Assembly: GCA_963677485.1 (NCBI GenBank)
Contig: OY781964.1
Coordinates: forward strand, 5,120,001 to 5,184,000
Reading direction: 5' to 3'
Source of the DNA: Armatimonadota bacterium
GTDB taxonomy: Bacteria > Armatimonadota > HRBIN16
Length of the DNA: 64,000 nt
A program made the position numbers and the translations under genes. Every line of letters starts with the position of its first letter. The first letter of the stretch is position 1. The notes beneath the pieces are model-generated. The model did not search any database, was not told the origin of the DNA, and saw only the letters and a program-made list of their open reading frames with translations. Shown in pieces: positions 20,624 to 30,757 of the stretch.

Positions 20624-20658
20624 AATACCAACATCGATCATCATAGAGAGGCATAATC

Positions 20659-22794
20659 GTGGAGTTCTGGAAATATTACGCTATTCTGAAGCGACGCTGG
20701 TTACTCATAGCAGTGATCTCACTTGTAGTGACAGTTGCAGTGGCATTCACTCAATGGCGACGTCCTACTGAATACCAGATTGACGCGCAATTAAAAGAGC
20801 TCCCAGCCGTTGCTGAGGGATCGACTATGTTATTCCCCGCCCAAATGTCGGTTGGAGCTGAAACGCTGCTTCGCATGGGTAACCTGCAGCGCATAGTGAA
20901 ATCAGATCAAGTGATGAAGGATCTCTACGAAAACATCCAATTAGATGGTCCTTCGCGCCTGCAAGAAGTACTCAGCAAGGCCCGCGAACCTATTGTTACC
21001 TTAAGCTCTTGGTACAAGGTTGATTTAGCCCCTAACTCGCAATTCGTGATTGTCTCGGCAACGGGTCAGTCTGCTGATGAGGTAGGATGGCTTTCTCAAT
21101 CGATCATCACCGGTGTTATCCGACGATACAATGCCCTTAACCAGGAGGGCAACCGGTCAGATCGTGCTCGCCTTGAGAATGAGTTACTTCCTGCAGCAGA
21201 AAAGCAGCTCAAGCAGCGTCGGCTGGAGCTTTCCAAGTTCAAGCAAGCTGCGAATGTCGATGGCGATGGCACCGCCATTTCATCGGCGTTACTGCAGAGA
21301 GCATCACAGTACCAAAACGACTATGACAAATCATTAGTCGCAATGCAAGAAGCAGCCGCACGAAAAAAGACGGCACTGCAGATACTACAAAAGAAATACG
21401 CGAATACTGAGTACGTCGAAGTGCAGAATGTCATGACTGCCAACCCTATCATCCAGGCATTGACTACCGATGTGCTTAGGGCTGAAGCAGACCTCAATAA
21501 ACAGCTTGAGGTGAAGGCCGAGAAGCATCCCGATGTCATCGCCTTACGTGCCCAGATTGCGAACCTTCGCAAGTCAATCTCCAATGAATCAACTCAGATA
21601 TTGAACAGCCAGACCAAGGGACGGAACCCACTTCGCGATACCGCGATATCAACCATTATCAACGCTGATCTTGACTACCAATCAGCTTCCAAACGATACG
21701 CCGCTTTGAGTAAGCCTCTCAAGGAAGTTCAGGCTCAGATGAACAAGGTTCCTGAGGTTGAGCGAAAACTGGCTGAGCTTCAACTCGCAGTTCAAGTTTC
21801 AGAAACCAGTTATGGTTCGCTATTAGGCAAGGTTGATGAAGCCAAAGCACGTGAGTTTGGTGCTCAGATGCCTAAACTGATCATCGCAGACCCTGGGTTC
21901 CCGAAAGTCGCACCGCGACCTTGGAAGATATACGCGATGCTGGCGTTCGTACTTTGCGTGTTACTGACAGGTGCATTCACTCTCATGATCGGTCAGATAG
22001 ACACCACAGTCCGAACCGCTGAAGATGCAGAGAACCTGTTAAAAGCTCCTGTGTTTGCCTTGATACCTCAAGTGAAGCACAGTATGCTCTCCAGTAACCT
22101 GGGCCCCAGCCAGATGGCAGCATCATGCCAGATACTAAGCACTAATGTATGGTTCGCGAGAAGCCAGATGCAAACAGGCGCCGTCATGGTCGCTAGTGCT
22201 GATCCCAACTCTGGCCGAAGTACCACATCAGCCAACCTGGCTCTATCCCTTGCACGGGATGGTGCTAATGTTATTTTAGTTGACTGCGATATGCGCCAGC
22301 CAGCGTTACACAAGCTGTTTGGGGTTGATAACAAAGTTGGCTTGGGTGACTACTTGAATGGCAGCAGCCTTCTTCAGGAGATTGTCACTGTCACATCCCA
22401 GGATCAGCTTCTGCTGATTACAGCCGGTGCCCACCGCGATAACCCGGTTAGAGCTTTGATGTCGCAAAAGATGGCGGACTTTGTCGATTATTGCACACAA
22501 AATGCTGATTTTGTGATCTTTGACAGTCCGGCTGGTATGCTCTTTGCTGACGCCATGGCTCTCGCAGGGCTTGTTAAGAGCGTGGTGCTGGTCCAACCCG
22601 CAGGTAAGCCTGCATCTGGGCAGGAGCGCGAATTCTCGGATCGGTTGAAAAGCATCGGAGCCAATATCATTGGTGTGGTCGTAAACCGCGTGAAACCAGC
22701 GGATGACCCAGCAGCTAAGGCTTACAGACGATCCTATTCCCAAAACGAATCTAAGGGTAACACCTCGGTCACAAAAGCACTCCCAGGTAAATGA
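20659..22794 (+). CDS. Wzc/GumC-like polysaccharide copolymerase with BY-kinase-type domain
   Basis: N-terminal TM, long periplasmic coiled coil, second TM, cytoplasmic SADPNSGRST / DCDMRQP / VIFDSP motifs. Confidence 0.85.
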   Translation: MEFWKYYAILKRRWLLIAVISLVVTVAVAFTQWRRPTEYQIDAQLKELPAVAEGSTMLFPAQMSVGAETLLRMGNLQRIVKSDQVMKDLYENIQLDGPSRLQEVLSKAREPIVTLSSWYKVDLAPNSQFVIVSATGQSADEVGWLSQSIITGVIRRYNALNQEGNRSDRARLENELLPAAEKQLKQRRLELSKFKQAANVDGDGTAISSALLQRASQYQNDYDKSLVAMQEAAARKKTALQILQKKYANTEYVEVQNVMTANPIIQALTTDVLRAEADLNKQLEVKAEKHPDVIALRAQIANLRKSISNESTQILNSQTKGRNPLRDTAISTIINADLDYQSASKRYAALSKPLKEVQAQMNKVPEVERKLAELQLAVQVSETSYGSLLGKVDEAKAREFGAQMPKLIIADPGFPKVAPRPWKIYAMLAFVLCVLLTGAFTLMIGQIDTTVRTAEDAENLLKAPVFALIPQVKHSMLSSNLGPSQMAASCQILSTNVWFARSQMQTGAVMVASADPNSGRSTTSANLALSLARDGANVILVDCDMRQPALHKLFGVDNKVGLGDYLNGSSLLQEIVTVTSQDQLLLITAGAHRDNPVRALMSQKMADFVDYCTQNADFVIFDSPAGMLFADAMALAGLVKSVVLVQPAGKPASGQEREFSDRLKSIGANIIGVVVNRVKPADDPAAKAYRRSYSQNESKGNTSVTKALPGK

Positions 22795-22809
22795 GTGTAG
22801 TTCAATCCT

Positions 22810-23487
22810 ATGTGTCACAACGCTAGTTATAGGGGGGAGACAAAACTCCCCCCATCGGTCAGCGTTCCTGTGAAGCTCATACGAACCAGCTACCATGTAG
22901 CCAAACGGCTTTTGGATGTTGTCGGCGCATTGGCTGGGTTACTGATACTGGTTCCTCTCACACTGTTCGTCGCCATCGCCATCCGTCTTGATACTCCCGG
23001 GCCCATTTTATTCAAACAAACACGTGTTGGATTAGGTGGACGCCCGTTTTCCTGCTGGAAGTTCCGAAGCATGATCGTCAAAGCAGAATCGATCAAGGAC
23101 GAATTGTTGCACCTGAACGAATCCTCCGGTCCTGCGTTTAAAATCACTGACGACCCACGAATTACGAAAGTGGGTAGGGTCATTCGTCGATACAGTATTG
23201 ACGAAATGCCTCAGGTCATCAATGTTTTGGAAGGCTCCATGTCGCTAGTTGGCCCACGCCCCCCGCTTCCTGGGGAAGTCTCACAATACACTGAAGACCA
23301 ACTCTTTCGCCTAAGTGTCAAACCTGGTCTTACCTGCCTTTGGCAGATCAGCGGCCGTAGCGATATCAGTTTTGATGAATGGATGAAGCTAGACGAAATC
23401 TACGTCAAGACCATGAGCTTCTGGACAGACCTGAAGATCATCTTCCACACAATCCCAGCCGTATTATCTGGCAGAGGAGCAAAGTAA
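22810..23487 (+). CDS. Priming polyprenyl-phosphate sugar phosphotransferase (Bac_transf)
   Basis: KRLLD, KFRSM, DDPRITKVG, SIDEMPQ, SLVGPRP, KPGLTCLWQISGRS. Confidence 0.92.
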   Translation: MCHNASYRGETKLPPSVSVPVKLIRTSYHVAKRLLDVVGALAGLLILVPLTLFVAIAIRLDTPGPILFKQTRVGLGGRPFSCWKFRSMIVKAESIKDELLHLNESSGPAFKITDDPRITKVGRVIRRYSIDEMPQVINVLEGSMSLVGPRPPLPGEVSQYTEDQLFRLSVKPGLTCLWQISGRSDISFDEWMKLDEIYVKTMSFWTDLKIIFHTIPAVLSGRGAK

Positions 23488-23492
23488 TACTG

Positions 23493-24353
23493 ATGCGCCT
23501 CATACTTAAAGCATTACGAGTTAAGCAGTGGACCAAGAACCTGCTTCTGTTTGTAGCGATTCTGTTTGCAGGTCAGTTTACAGACACTCATAAGTTAGGC
23601 AACGTCTGTGTGGGACTGCTCTCTTTTTGCCTCCTAAGCAGTGTGGTTTATATCATCAACGACATATCCGACCGTGAGCAGGATAGGTTGCATCCCACGA
23701 AACGACTAAGGCCGTTCGCCAGTGGTGCTCTCAGCCTATCTACAGGCTATCTGCTGGCCGGATTATGTTTCGTGGTGTCTATGTTCATCGGGTGGACCGT
23801 AAGCTATATGTTCATGGGTGTTGAGGCCATCTACCTTGCACTCTCATTTATCTACAATTTCGGTGGAAAACATGTAGTGATACTAGATATCCTGCTGATC
23901 GCCTCAGGGTTCGTCATGCGCACCTACGCGGGTGCTGTTGCGGCTGATGTGGCCACTACGGGATGGTTGTTCTCATTCGCAATGATGGGAAGCTGCCTGT
24001 TAGGATTCTGCAAGCGCAGATCGGAGATACTGGAGTTGGAGCATATCGCCAGCGACCACAGACCGACGCTGGGCGAATACGATGTCAATCTGCTTGATCA
24101 GTTCATTTCGATCTGTGCATCATCATGTATCATTACCTACGGATTGTATGCCATCATGAGCCCTACGGCAGACCATCACAAGTTGTTGCCATTAACTATA
24201 CCCATCATGCTATATGGCCTTTTTCGATACGTGTATCTTGTGTTTCGTAAAGGTATGGGCGGGAGCCCGGAACTGGTGTTTTTGGAAGACAGGCCTATCA
24301 CAATATCTGTAATATTGTTTACCATCGCGACCATACTTGCGTTTACTATTTAG
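23493..24353 (+). CDS. Decaprenyl-phosphate phosphoribosyltransferase-like (UbiA family)
   Basis: RVKQWTKN, YIINDISDREQDRLHPTKRLRPFASG, KRRSE, HRPTLGEY, GGSPE; start set at ATG 23493. Confidence 0.88.
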   Translation: MRLILKALRVKQWTKNLLLFVAILFAGQFTDTHKLGNVCVGLLSFCLLSSVVYIINDISDREQDRLHPTKRLRPFASGALSLSTGYLLAGLCFVVSMFIGWTVSYMFMGVEAIYLALSFIYNFGGKHVVILDILLIASGFVMRTYAGAVAADVATTGWLFSFAMMGSCLLGFCKRRSEILELEHIASDHRPTLGEYDVNLLDQFISICASSCIITYGLYAIMSPTADHHKLLPLTIPIMLYGLFRYVYLVFRKGMGGSPELVFLEDRPITISVILFTIATILAFTI

Positions 24354-24372
24354 AGGAGATGTCAACAGGTTT

Positions 24373-24813
24373 ATGACGAACCCAACCGAGCTACATAAAA
24401 AGCCGATCATCAGGCAGTTTGGGAAATTCGGGCTTGTAGGTGCTGCCAGCACAGTAATAGACTTCGGCATCTACAATCTGCTGATAGAGCTTGCCCATTT
24501 CAATCCCTACACGGCCCATGCGTGCAGCTTTCTAGTTGCTGTGGTCAACAGCTACTACTGGAACAGCCGATGGACTTTTAAGGGCAGACGCAATAGAGAA
24601 GCAGCCCAGGAATTTCACCTGTTCATCATTATCAGCCTGGTAGGTCTTGGTCTCACGGAGGCCATTATCGCAGGTATACTGTTCATCATTCCACAACCCC
24701 ATATATCCATTCATTGGAACGCAGCTAAAGCAATCGCCACCATGGGTGTGGTCATGTGGAACTTCTTTGCCAACCGGCACTGGACCTTTCCTAAGAACGA
24801 TCAACGAAAATGA
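24373..24813 (+). CDS. GtrA family membrane protein
   Basis: KFGLVGAASTVIDF, NSYYWNSRWTF, WNFFANRHWTF; four TM segments. Confidence 0.9.
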   Translation: MTNPTELHKKPIIRQFGKFGLVGAASTVIDFGIYNLLIELAHFNPYTAHACSFLVAVVNSYYWNSRWTFKGRRNREAAQEFHLFIIISLVGLGLTEAIIAGILFIIPQPHISIHWNAAKAIATMGVVMWNFFANRHWTFPKNDQRK

Positions 24814-24828
24814 AAAGCTAGAAAACAT

Positions 24829-24860
24829 AAAGGGCCATCCAGCACTGCTGGATGGCCCTT
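24829..24860. terminator. Bidirectional terminator between the convergent gtrA-like gene and gyrB
   Basis: aagggccatccagc / gctggatggccctt inverted repeat. Confidence 0.75.
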
Positions 24861-24883
24861 CATTGTTCTGATGTGACTAGTGA

Positions 24884-26905
24884 CTAGGCGTGCCAGTCCA
24901 CGTTCGTGACCTCAGTCGCGTGCCTGATGATGTATTCCTTACGAGGCTCGACTTTATCACCCATCAAGATATTGAATATCTCGTCTGCATCAAGAGCGTC
25001 TTCCATCTCAACACGCAGCATCGAACGAGTAGTCGGGCTCATGGTCGTGTCGAACAGCTCTTCTGCGTTCATCTCACCCAGACCTTTAAACCGGCCTACC
25101 AGCACGTTGCGCTTGCGTATGCGCTTGAGTATCTCGTCGCGCTGTGGTTCAGTCAGAGCGTAGTAGCGTTCGTCCTTGCCGGCCTTAATCACATAAAGCG
25201 GCGGCTGAGCGATATAGATATGTCCCTCTTCGATCAAAGGCCTCATGTAACGGAAGAAGAAGGTCATCAGCAAGGTCCGGATGTGGTCACCATCAACATC
25301 AGCATCAGTCATGATGATAATTTTGTGATATCGAAGCTTACTGAGATCAAACTTGCTGCCGCCCTCTGAATTCTCTTCAGAATCATCACCATTGGTAGTG
25401 CCAGAAGCGATACCTGTTCCCAGTGCCGCGATGAGTGACCGTATGGTATCACTCTCGAGTGCCTTATCAAGCCGAGCCTTTTCCACGTTCAGGATCTTGC
25501 CCCTGAGCGGCAGTATGGCTTGTGTGCGGCGATCTCGTCCTTGTTTTGCGGAGCCACCTGCCGAGTCACCCTCAACTATGAACAGCTCGCAGTTTTCGGG
25601 GTTTCGATCAGAACAGTCCGCTAGTTTACCGGGCAGCGAGGTGTTCTCAAGTGCGCTTTGGCGTTTGACCAGATCAGCAGCACGACGGGCTGCGTCGCGA
25701 ACTCGCTGGGCTAACTGCGACTTATCGATGATCCGTTTCGCGATGGCGGGGTTTTCATCAAAGTATGTCCCCAGAGCTTCGCCGACCACGGAGTTGACAA
25801 GACCCTCGATTTCGCCGTTACCAAGCTTCGTCTTGGTCTGACCCTCAAACTGCGGGTTAAACAGCAGCACATTAACTACCGCAGTGAGTCCTTCACGGAC
25901 ATCATCACCACTGAAATTGGGGTCTTTCTCTTTGAGCAAATTGTTCTTACGGGCATAGTTGTTGATAACACGTGTCAAAGCCGTCTTCAGCCCAGATACA
26001 TGCGTGCCACCTTCAGTGGTATGAATGTTGTTGGCGAAGGACACGATGGTATCCTGGTATCCAGCGTTATACTGGATTGATATTTCCACCTGAGTATCTT
26101 CACGCGAACGGCTAAAATAGATCGGCTTGTGAAGCGGATCTCTGTTTTCGTTCAGATATTTTACATACTCTGAAATGCCTGCCGTATAGTGGAACGTACG
26201 CAGTTCTGCGTTATTCAGCTTGTCAAGGAAGGTGATCTTCACCTGTTTATTCAAGAAGGCAAGTTCTCGTATACGACGAACGAGTCGCTCTGGCTCTGGA
26301 TGCAGAGCCTCAAATATCTCAGGATCGGCGTGCCAGTGGATCAGGGTTCCAGTCTCTGTCGATTCGCCGACAACATGGATATCTCCCTGAGGAACGCCCC
26401 GTTCGAAACGCATCTCGTATAATTTACCGTTACGTCGAACCTTGGCTACCAGCCAGTCACTAAGCGCGTTCACGCAGCTCACACCAACACCGTGCAAGCC
26501 TCCAGATACGCGGTAACCACCTCCGCCAAACTTACTTCCCGCGTGAAGACGGGTTAAAGCAAGTTCCAGACCTGTTAAACCAGTTTCCGGGTTGACATCC
26601 ACAGGGATACCACGCCCGTTATCGGCCACTGAGATCGAGTAGTCTTCGTGGAAGATCACATCAACTTGGTCGCAGTATCCAGCTAGTGCCTCATCGATAC
26701 TGTTATCAATGACTTCAAAGAAGAGCTGGTGCATACCACGCACTTGGGTATCAGCTACATACATACCGGGGCGACGCCGAACCGCCTCCAAACCCTCAAG
26801 CACTGTAAATTCGGCAGCCGTATAGGCTGTCTCTACAGTCGTATTCATGTTTTCAGATTGCGTATCTATCGATTCATCCGGGGTCAGAAGTTCGTCGTCA
26901 AGCAT
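24884..26905 (-). CDS. gyrB: DNA gyrase subunit B (short type)
   Basis: LEAVRRRPGMY, EVIDNSIDE, DNGRGIP, SGGLHGVG, EGDSAGG, PLRGKILN, MTDADVDG, RFKGLGEM; parE not fully excluded. Confidence 0.9.
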   Translation of the reverse strand: MLDDELLTPDESIDTQSENMNTTVETAYTAAEFTVLEGLEAVRRRPGMYVADTQVRGMHQLFFEVIDNSIDEALAGYCDQVDVIFHEDYSISVADNGRGIPVDVNPETGLTGLELALTRLHAGSKFGGGGYRVSGGLHGVGVSCVNALSDWLVAKVRRNGKLYEMRFERGVPQGDIHVVGESTETGTLIHWHADPEIFEALHPEPERLVRRIRELAFLNKQVKITFLDKLNNAELRTFHYTAGISEYVKYLNENRDPLHKPIYFSRSREDTQVEISIQYNAGYQDTIVSFANNIHTTEGGTHVSGLKTALTRVINNYARKNNLLKEKDPNFSGDDVREGLTAVVNVLLFNPQFEGQTKTKLGNGEIEGLVNSVVGEALGTYFDENPAIAKRIIDKSQLAQRVRDAARRAADLVKRQSALENTSLPGKLADCSDRNPENCELFIVEGDSAGGSAKQGRDRRTQAILPLRGKILNVEKARLDKALESDTIRSLIAALGTGIASGTTNGDDSEENSEGGSKFDLSKLRYHKIIIMTDADVDGDHIRTLLMTFFFRYMRPLIEEGHIYIAQPPLYVIKAGKDERYYALTEPQRDEILKRIRKRNVLVGRFKGLGEMNAEELFDTTMSPTTRSMLRVEMEDALDADEIFNILMGDKVEPRKEYIIRHATEVTNVDWHA

Positions 26906-27140
26906 GAGTTCCCTCCGTGGAAACAGTCCGTAATTCCTGAAATACGGAACGTATCGATTGGCAAGTTATATAATATCTACCTTTTCCATTTTATCATTTT
27001 TTGGGTTCATTCACCAGTCATTCTGTGCTGAACCTGTATACTTATGTATAGCTGTTTTTAAGGCACACAAGGGAACTGATTGGCGCCGATTCGTAGTAAT
27101 ATAATATACAGTACAGCCTATATTTCGAGGTGATCGCAGC

Positions 27141-27767
27141 TTGAATCTCAAAACGATAATCATTTGTGGCGCGTTACTCACGTCACTCTACAACACTGGT
27201 TTCGCCGCTCCGGCAGCCCCAAAGAGTAAACCTGTAGTTAAAACAAACACCCAAACGAGTGCATGGCCTAGCCAGGACCCTGCCGTGCGGACATCGATGT
27301 ATGTCAGACTGCTGAACATGACACCAGATCAAGTGAAGAAACTCTCTTCACTGACCACTAAGCACAATGCGCAGTATGCAAAAATCGGACAGTCGAAGTC
27401 GGACATCACCGTCCGCTTAAAGATGGCACGCGAACTACGCAAGAACTACCAGAAGTCGATAATGGCCCTGCTCAGTCCTGCCCAAAAGGACAGATTCAGC
27501 AAGATAACAGCAAGTGAAGTGCGGGTTGAAATGCTGCGCCAGCAGCTAAACCTGACGCAAGAACAGTCCGTAGGGATGGCAAAGCTGATGAAGGAGGCCG
27601 GTGACACTATTAAGAGATTACAAGAAGCGGAATCGAAAAAAGAAATCACCGCCGACCAACGTGCGAAAGGCTTCGCCGAAGCTCGCAAAAAGCTGGATGA
27701 CGGAGTGAAATCATTGCTCACGCCTCAGCAGATACAAAAAATGAATCAGGGATTCTCCAAACGCTAA
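27141..27767 (+). CDS. Secreted protein with LTXXQ motifs (Spy/CpxP-like, tandem)
   Basis: Signal peptide; LNMTPDQ, LLSPAQ, LNLTQEQ, LLTPQQ; GAGGTG RBS before a TTG start. Confidence 0.65.
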   Translation: MNLKTIIICGALLTSLYNTGFAAPAAPKSKPVVKTNTQTSAWPSQDPAVRTSMYVRLLNMTPDQVKKLSSLTTKHNAQYAKIGQSKSDITVRLKMARELRKNYQKSIMALLSPAQKDRFSKITASEVRVEMLRQQLNLTQEQSVGMAKLMKEAGDTIKRLQEAESKKEITADQRAKGFAEARKKLDDGVKSLLTPQQIQKMNQGFSKR

Positions 27768-27895
27768 AGGCCAGTCTATTATCCACAAATACCGCATAGC
27801 CAATAGATCGCCGATTCCGCGACATAAATGTCTCGGCACATGATCGATACAACCCCAATCTAGATTTGCGGGTAATAGACAAACACTAAAGGCAT

Positions 27896-27928
27896 TGGCT
27901 GGGTGCTCATACTACAGCACCCAGCCAG
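27896..27928. terminator. Hairpin at the clpB 3' end (convergent genes)
   Basis: tggctgggtgct / agcacccagcca inverted repeat. Confidence 0.7.
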
Positions 27929-27933
27929 TTTCC

Positions 27934-30510
27934 CTACTCAAACGTAAACTCACCGCCGATATAATCCACTGTGAGTTTGTCAGTGGTCTTAGCATCACCG
28001 GCAATCAACCTCTTCGCCAGCTTGTTAAGAATTCGCTTCTGTATGACCCGTTTGAGCGGTCGTGCCCCATACACCGGATCATACCCCAATGCAGCCAGTT
28101 CTGACCGGCACGCATCAGTCAGGCACAGTTCTATCCCCTGAACCTGCAGACGTTCGATCACCTGAGCAAGCTGGATATCGACAATCCTGCGGATATCGGC
28201 CACACTCAGTTGATGGAAAATCACGATCTCATCTACCCGGTTTAGGAACTCAGGCCTGAAGTGCGACTGGGCGATTTCCATCACACTCCTCGACACCTTG
28301 TCTTGATCATCGAGGCTGTGCTCTGCGATCACGTTGCTGCCCAGGTTGCTGGTCATGATCAGCACACAGTTCTTGAAGTCGACTGTTCGCCCCTGCCCAT
28401 CGGTCAACCTGCCGTCATCCAGCACCTGCAATAGCACGTTGAACACATCAGGGTGTGCTTTTTCGATCTCATCAAACAGCACGACAGAGTATGGTCGACG
28501 GCGGACCTGCTCTGTCAACTGCCCACCCTCATCGAATCCCACGTAACCTGGAGGAGCACCAATGAGCTTGGCCACCGAATGCTTTTCCATGTATTCACTC
28601 ATATCGATGCGGATCATGGCGCGTTCATCGTCGAACAAGAACTCCGCTAAAGCACGTGCCAATTCGGTCTTCCCCACTCCAGTAGGACCGAAGAACATAA
28701 AGCTGCCCACTGGCCGGTTGGGGTCTTGAATACCGGCACGGGCGCGCCTGACCGAGTTGGAGATCGCTTCTACCGCCTGCTCTTGGCCAACCACTCGCTC
28801 GGAGAGCCGCTGCTCCATATGCAGCAGCTTCTGCATCTCACCTTCCAACAGGCGACTCACGGGGATGTTGGTCCACTTGCTGATCACCTCGGCGATGTCG
28901 TCAGCGTCCACTTCCTCTTTGAGCAGCTTCATCCCAGCTTGCACCTGCGCTAGAGCCTCTGTTTGGACCTTGAGTTGCTTTTCAAGGTTCAATATCACGC
29001 CATACCGCAACTCGGCGGCCCGCTCCAGCCTGCCTTCCCGTTCTGCTGTCTGCTGCAACAGGCGGCTTTGCTCGATTTCGGCCTTGATGCGGCGTATCTC
29101 GGTGATGTACTGCTTCTCACGCTCCCAGTGAGCGCGCAAGCGTCCCGATTCCTCGCGTTCGTTCGCGATCATCTGCTCCAGTTTGGCTGCCCTTTCAAGG
29201 CTGGATGGATCGGTCTCTTTACGTAACGCCTCACGTTCTATCTCCATCTGCAGAACGCGCCGGTCGATCTCATCTATCTCGGTTGGCAGCGAGTCGATCT
29301 CCATTCGCAGTCGCGAAGCCGATTCGTCAATCAAGTCGATCGCCTTATCCGGTAGGAATCGGTCTGGGATATACCTGGTCGATAGCATCACGGCGGCGAT
29401 GATCGCACTGTCGGTGATCCGCACGCCATGATGTATCTCGTATCGCTCTTTTAACCCACGTAGGATGGCGATGGCACTGGCGGTATCAGGCTCTGCGACT
29501 AAAACCGGCTGGAACCGCCGTTCGAGAGCACTGTCCTTTTCGATATACTTGCGGTACTCATCAAGAGTGGTGGCGCCGATGCAGTGCAGCTCACCGCGAG
29601 CCAGCATCGGCTTCAGCATGTTAGCTGCGTCCATCGCACCGTCTGCCTTCCCAGCGCCTACCAGAGTGTGTATTTCATCGATGAAGAGCACGATCTGCCC
29701 TTCGCTCTCTCGTATCTCCTTCAGCACCGCTTTCAGACGGTCCTCGAACTCACCACGATACTTGGCCCCTGCCACCAAAGCGCCCAGGTCGAGTTGCCAC
29801 ACGGTGCGACCCTTGAGCCCTTCGGGCACATCGCCAGCTACCACACGCTGCGCCAGGCCCTCTGCGATTGCTGTCTTGCCGACACCTGGCTCACCGATCA
29901 GGGCGGGGTTGTTCTTGGTTCGACGGCTCAGCACCTGGATCACCCGGCGTATCTCTTCATCACGGCCGATCACAGGATCAAGCTTTCCGTCCCTGGCCAT
30001 CTGAGTGAGGTCACGTCCGTATTTCTCGAGTGCCTGGTATTTCTCTTCTGGATTCTGGTCAGTGACCTGTTGATTACCGCGGATATCCTTCAAAGCTTCG
30101 GTCATTTTACCGGCTTGCAGTCCACCCTGTCGAATCATCTTCCCGGCCTGGCTGTCAGAATCGACCAGTGCCAGCAGAAGGTGCTCCACCGAAACATACT
30201 GGTCCTTCATCGATTCGGCCTTGCTGACGGCGGCTTCCAGTGTTCTGCGCAGTGCTTCCGTTATAGAGGAAGCCAGTTCGGCGCCCTGAACCTTCGGGCG
30301 ACGATTCAACTCATCCTCAAGCAGCTTGCGAATCGCAGCGGCATCGCCGCCAGCCTTAGCTATCAACGGAGATGCAATGCCTTCGGTTTGACCGAGCAAT
30401 GCGGACAGCAGATGCTCGTTGTCAATCTGTTGATGCCCCAGTGAGCGGGCGATCGATTGTGCCTCCGCCATCGCTTCCTGAGACTTTGTTGTAAGACGTT
30501 CCATATTCAT
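27934..30510 (-). CDS. clpB: Disaggregase ClpB
   Basis: Two AAA modules ([16 protein letters not shown]), long M-domain ([10 protein letters not shown]), no IGF/MGF loop. Confidence 0.95.
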   Translation of the reverse strand: MNMERLTTKSQEAMAEAQSIARSLGHQQIDNEHLLSALLGQTEGIASPLIAKAGGDAAAIRKLLEDELNRRPKVQGAELASSITEALRRTLEAAVSKAESMKDQYVSVEHLLLALVDSDSQAGKMIRQGGLQAGKMTEALKDIRGNQQVTDQNPEEKYQALEKYGRDLTQMARDGKLDPVIGRDEEIRRVIQVLSRRTKNNPALIGEPGVGKTAIAEGLAQRVVAGDVPEGLKGRTVWQLDLGALVAGAKYRGEFEDRLKAVLKEIRESEGQIVLFIDEIHTLVGAGKADGAMDAANMLKPMLARGELHCIGATTLDEYRKYIEKDSALERRFQPVLVAEPDTASAIAILRGLKERYEIHHGVRITDSAIIAAVMLSTRYIPDRFLPDKAIDLIDESASRLRMEIDSLPTEIDEIDRRVLQMEIEREALRKETDPSSLERAAKLEQMIANEREESGRLRAHWEREKQYITEIRRIKAEIEQSRLLQQTAEREGRLERAAELRYGVILNLEKQLKVQTEALAQVQAGMKLLKEEVDADDIAEVISKWTNIPVSRLLEGEMQKLLHMEQRLSERVVGQEQAVEAISNSVRRARAGIQDPNRPVGSFMFFGPTGVGKTELARALAEFLFDDERAMIRIDMSEYMEKHSVAKLIGAPPGYVGFDEGGQLTEQVRRRPYSVVLFDEIEKAHPDVFNVLLQVLDDGRLTDGQGRTVDFKNCVLIMTSNLGSNVIAEHSLDDQDKVSRSVMEIAQSHFRPEFLNRVDEIVIFHQLSVADIRRIVDIQLAQVIERLQVQGIELCLTDACRSELAALGYDPVYGARPLKRVIQKRILNKLAKRLIAGDAKTTDKLTVDYIGGEFTFE

Positions 30511-30549
30511 GGCATTACCTCCTGCCGAGTCGGGTCTATCACTACCTTA

Positions 30550-30602
30550 AGGATACTACTTGATAATAATATTGTCAAGTAGTATGACACTATATATGTC
30601 AT
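30550..30602 (-). promoter_or_regulatory. clpB sigma70-type promoter overlapped by two HAIR-like dyads
   Basis: Minus strand TTGACA-17-TATCCT; dyads atactacttgata-N7-tgtcaagtagtat (30553-30585) and atgaca-N7-tgtcat (30584-30602). Confidence 0.7.
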
Positions 30603-30757
30603 GTATGAATTACGAATTACTCCTGATGATATTTGATTATCTGTCTGTAGAAAAGGTATCGTTCTAGAGTTTGAGGCAGCCCAGGCTGTAACTTGCGCGT
30701 CATGCGGAGGTGACAGTTTGATAAACGAATGGGGGTATGCTTCTACAGCAGCCCATT

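Noticed and set aside
27779-27787. Perfect DnaA box TTATCCACA near gyrB, suggesting oriC
   Set aside because: Single box, with no cluster, no dnaA/dnaN and no clear unwinding element
9106-30510. DNA similarity between clpC and clpB as a recent duplication
   Set aside because: Ordinary ancient paralogy of Hsp100 ATPases
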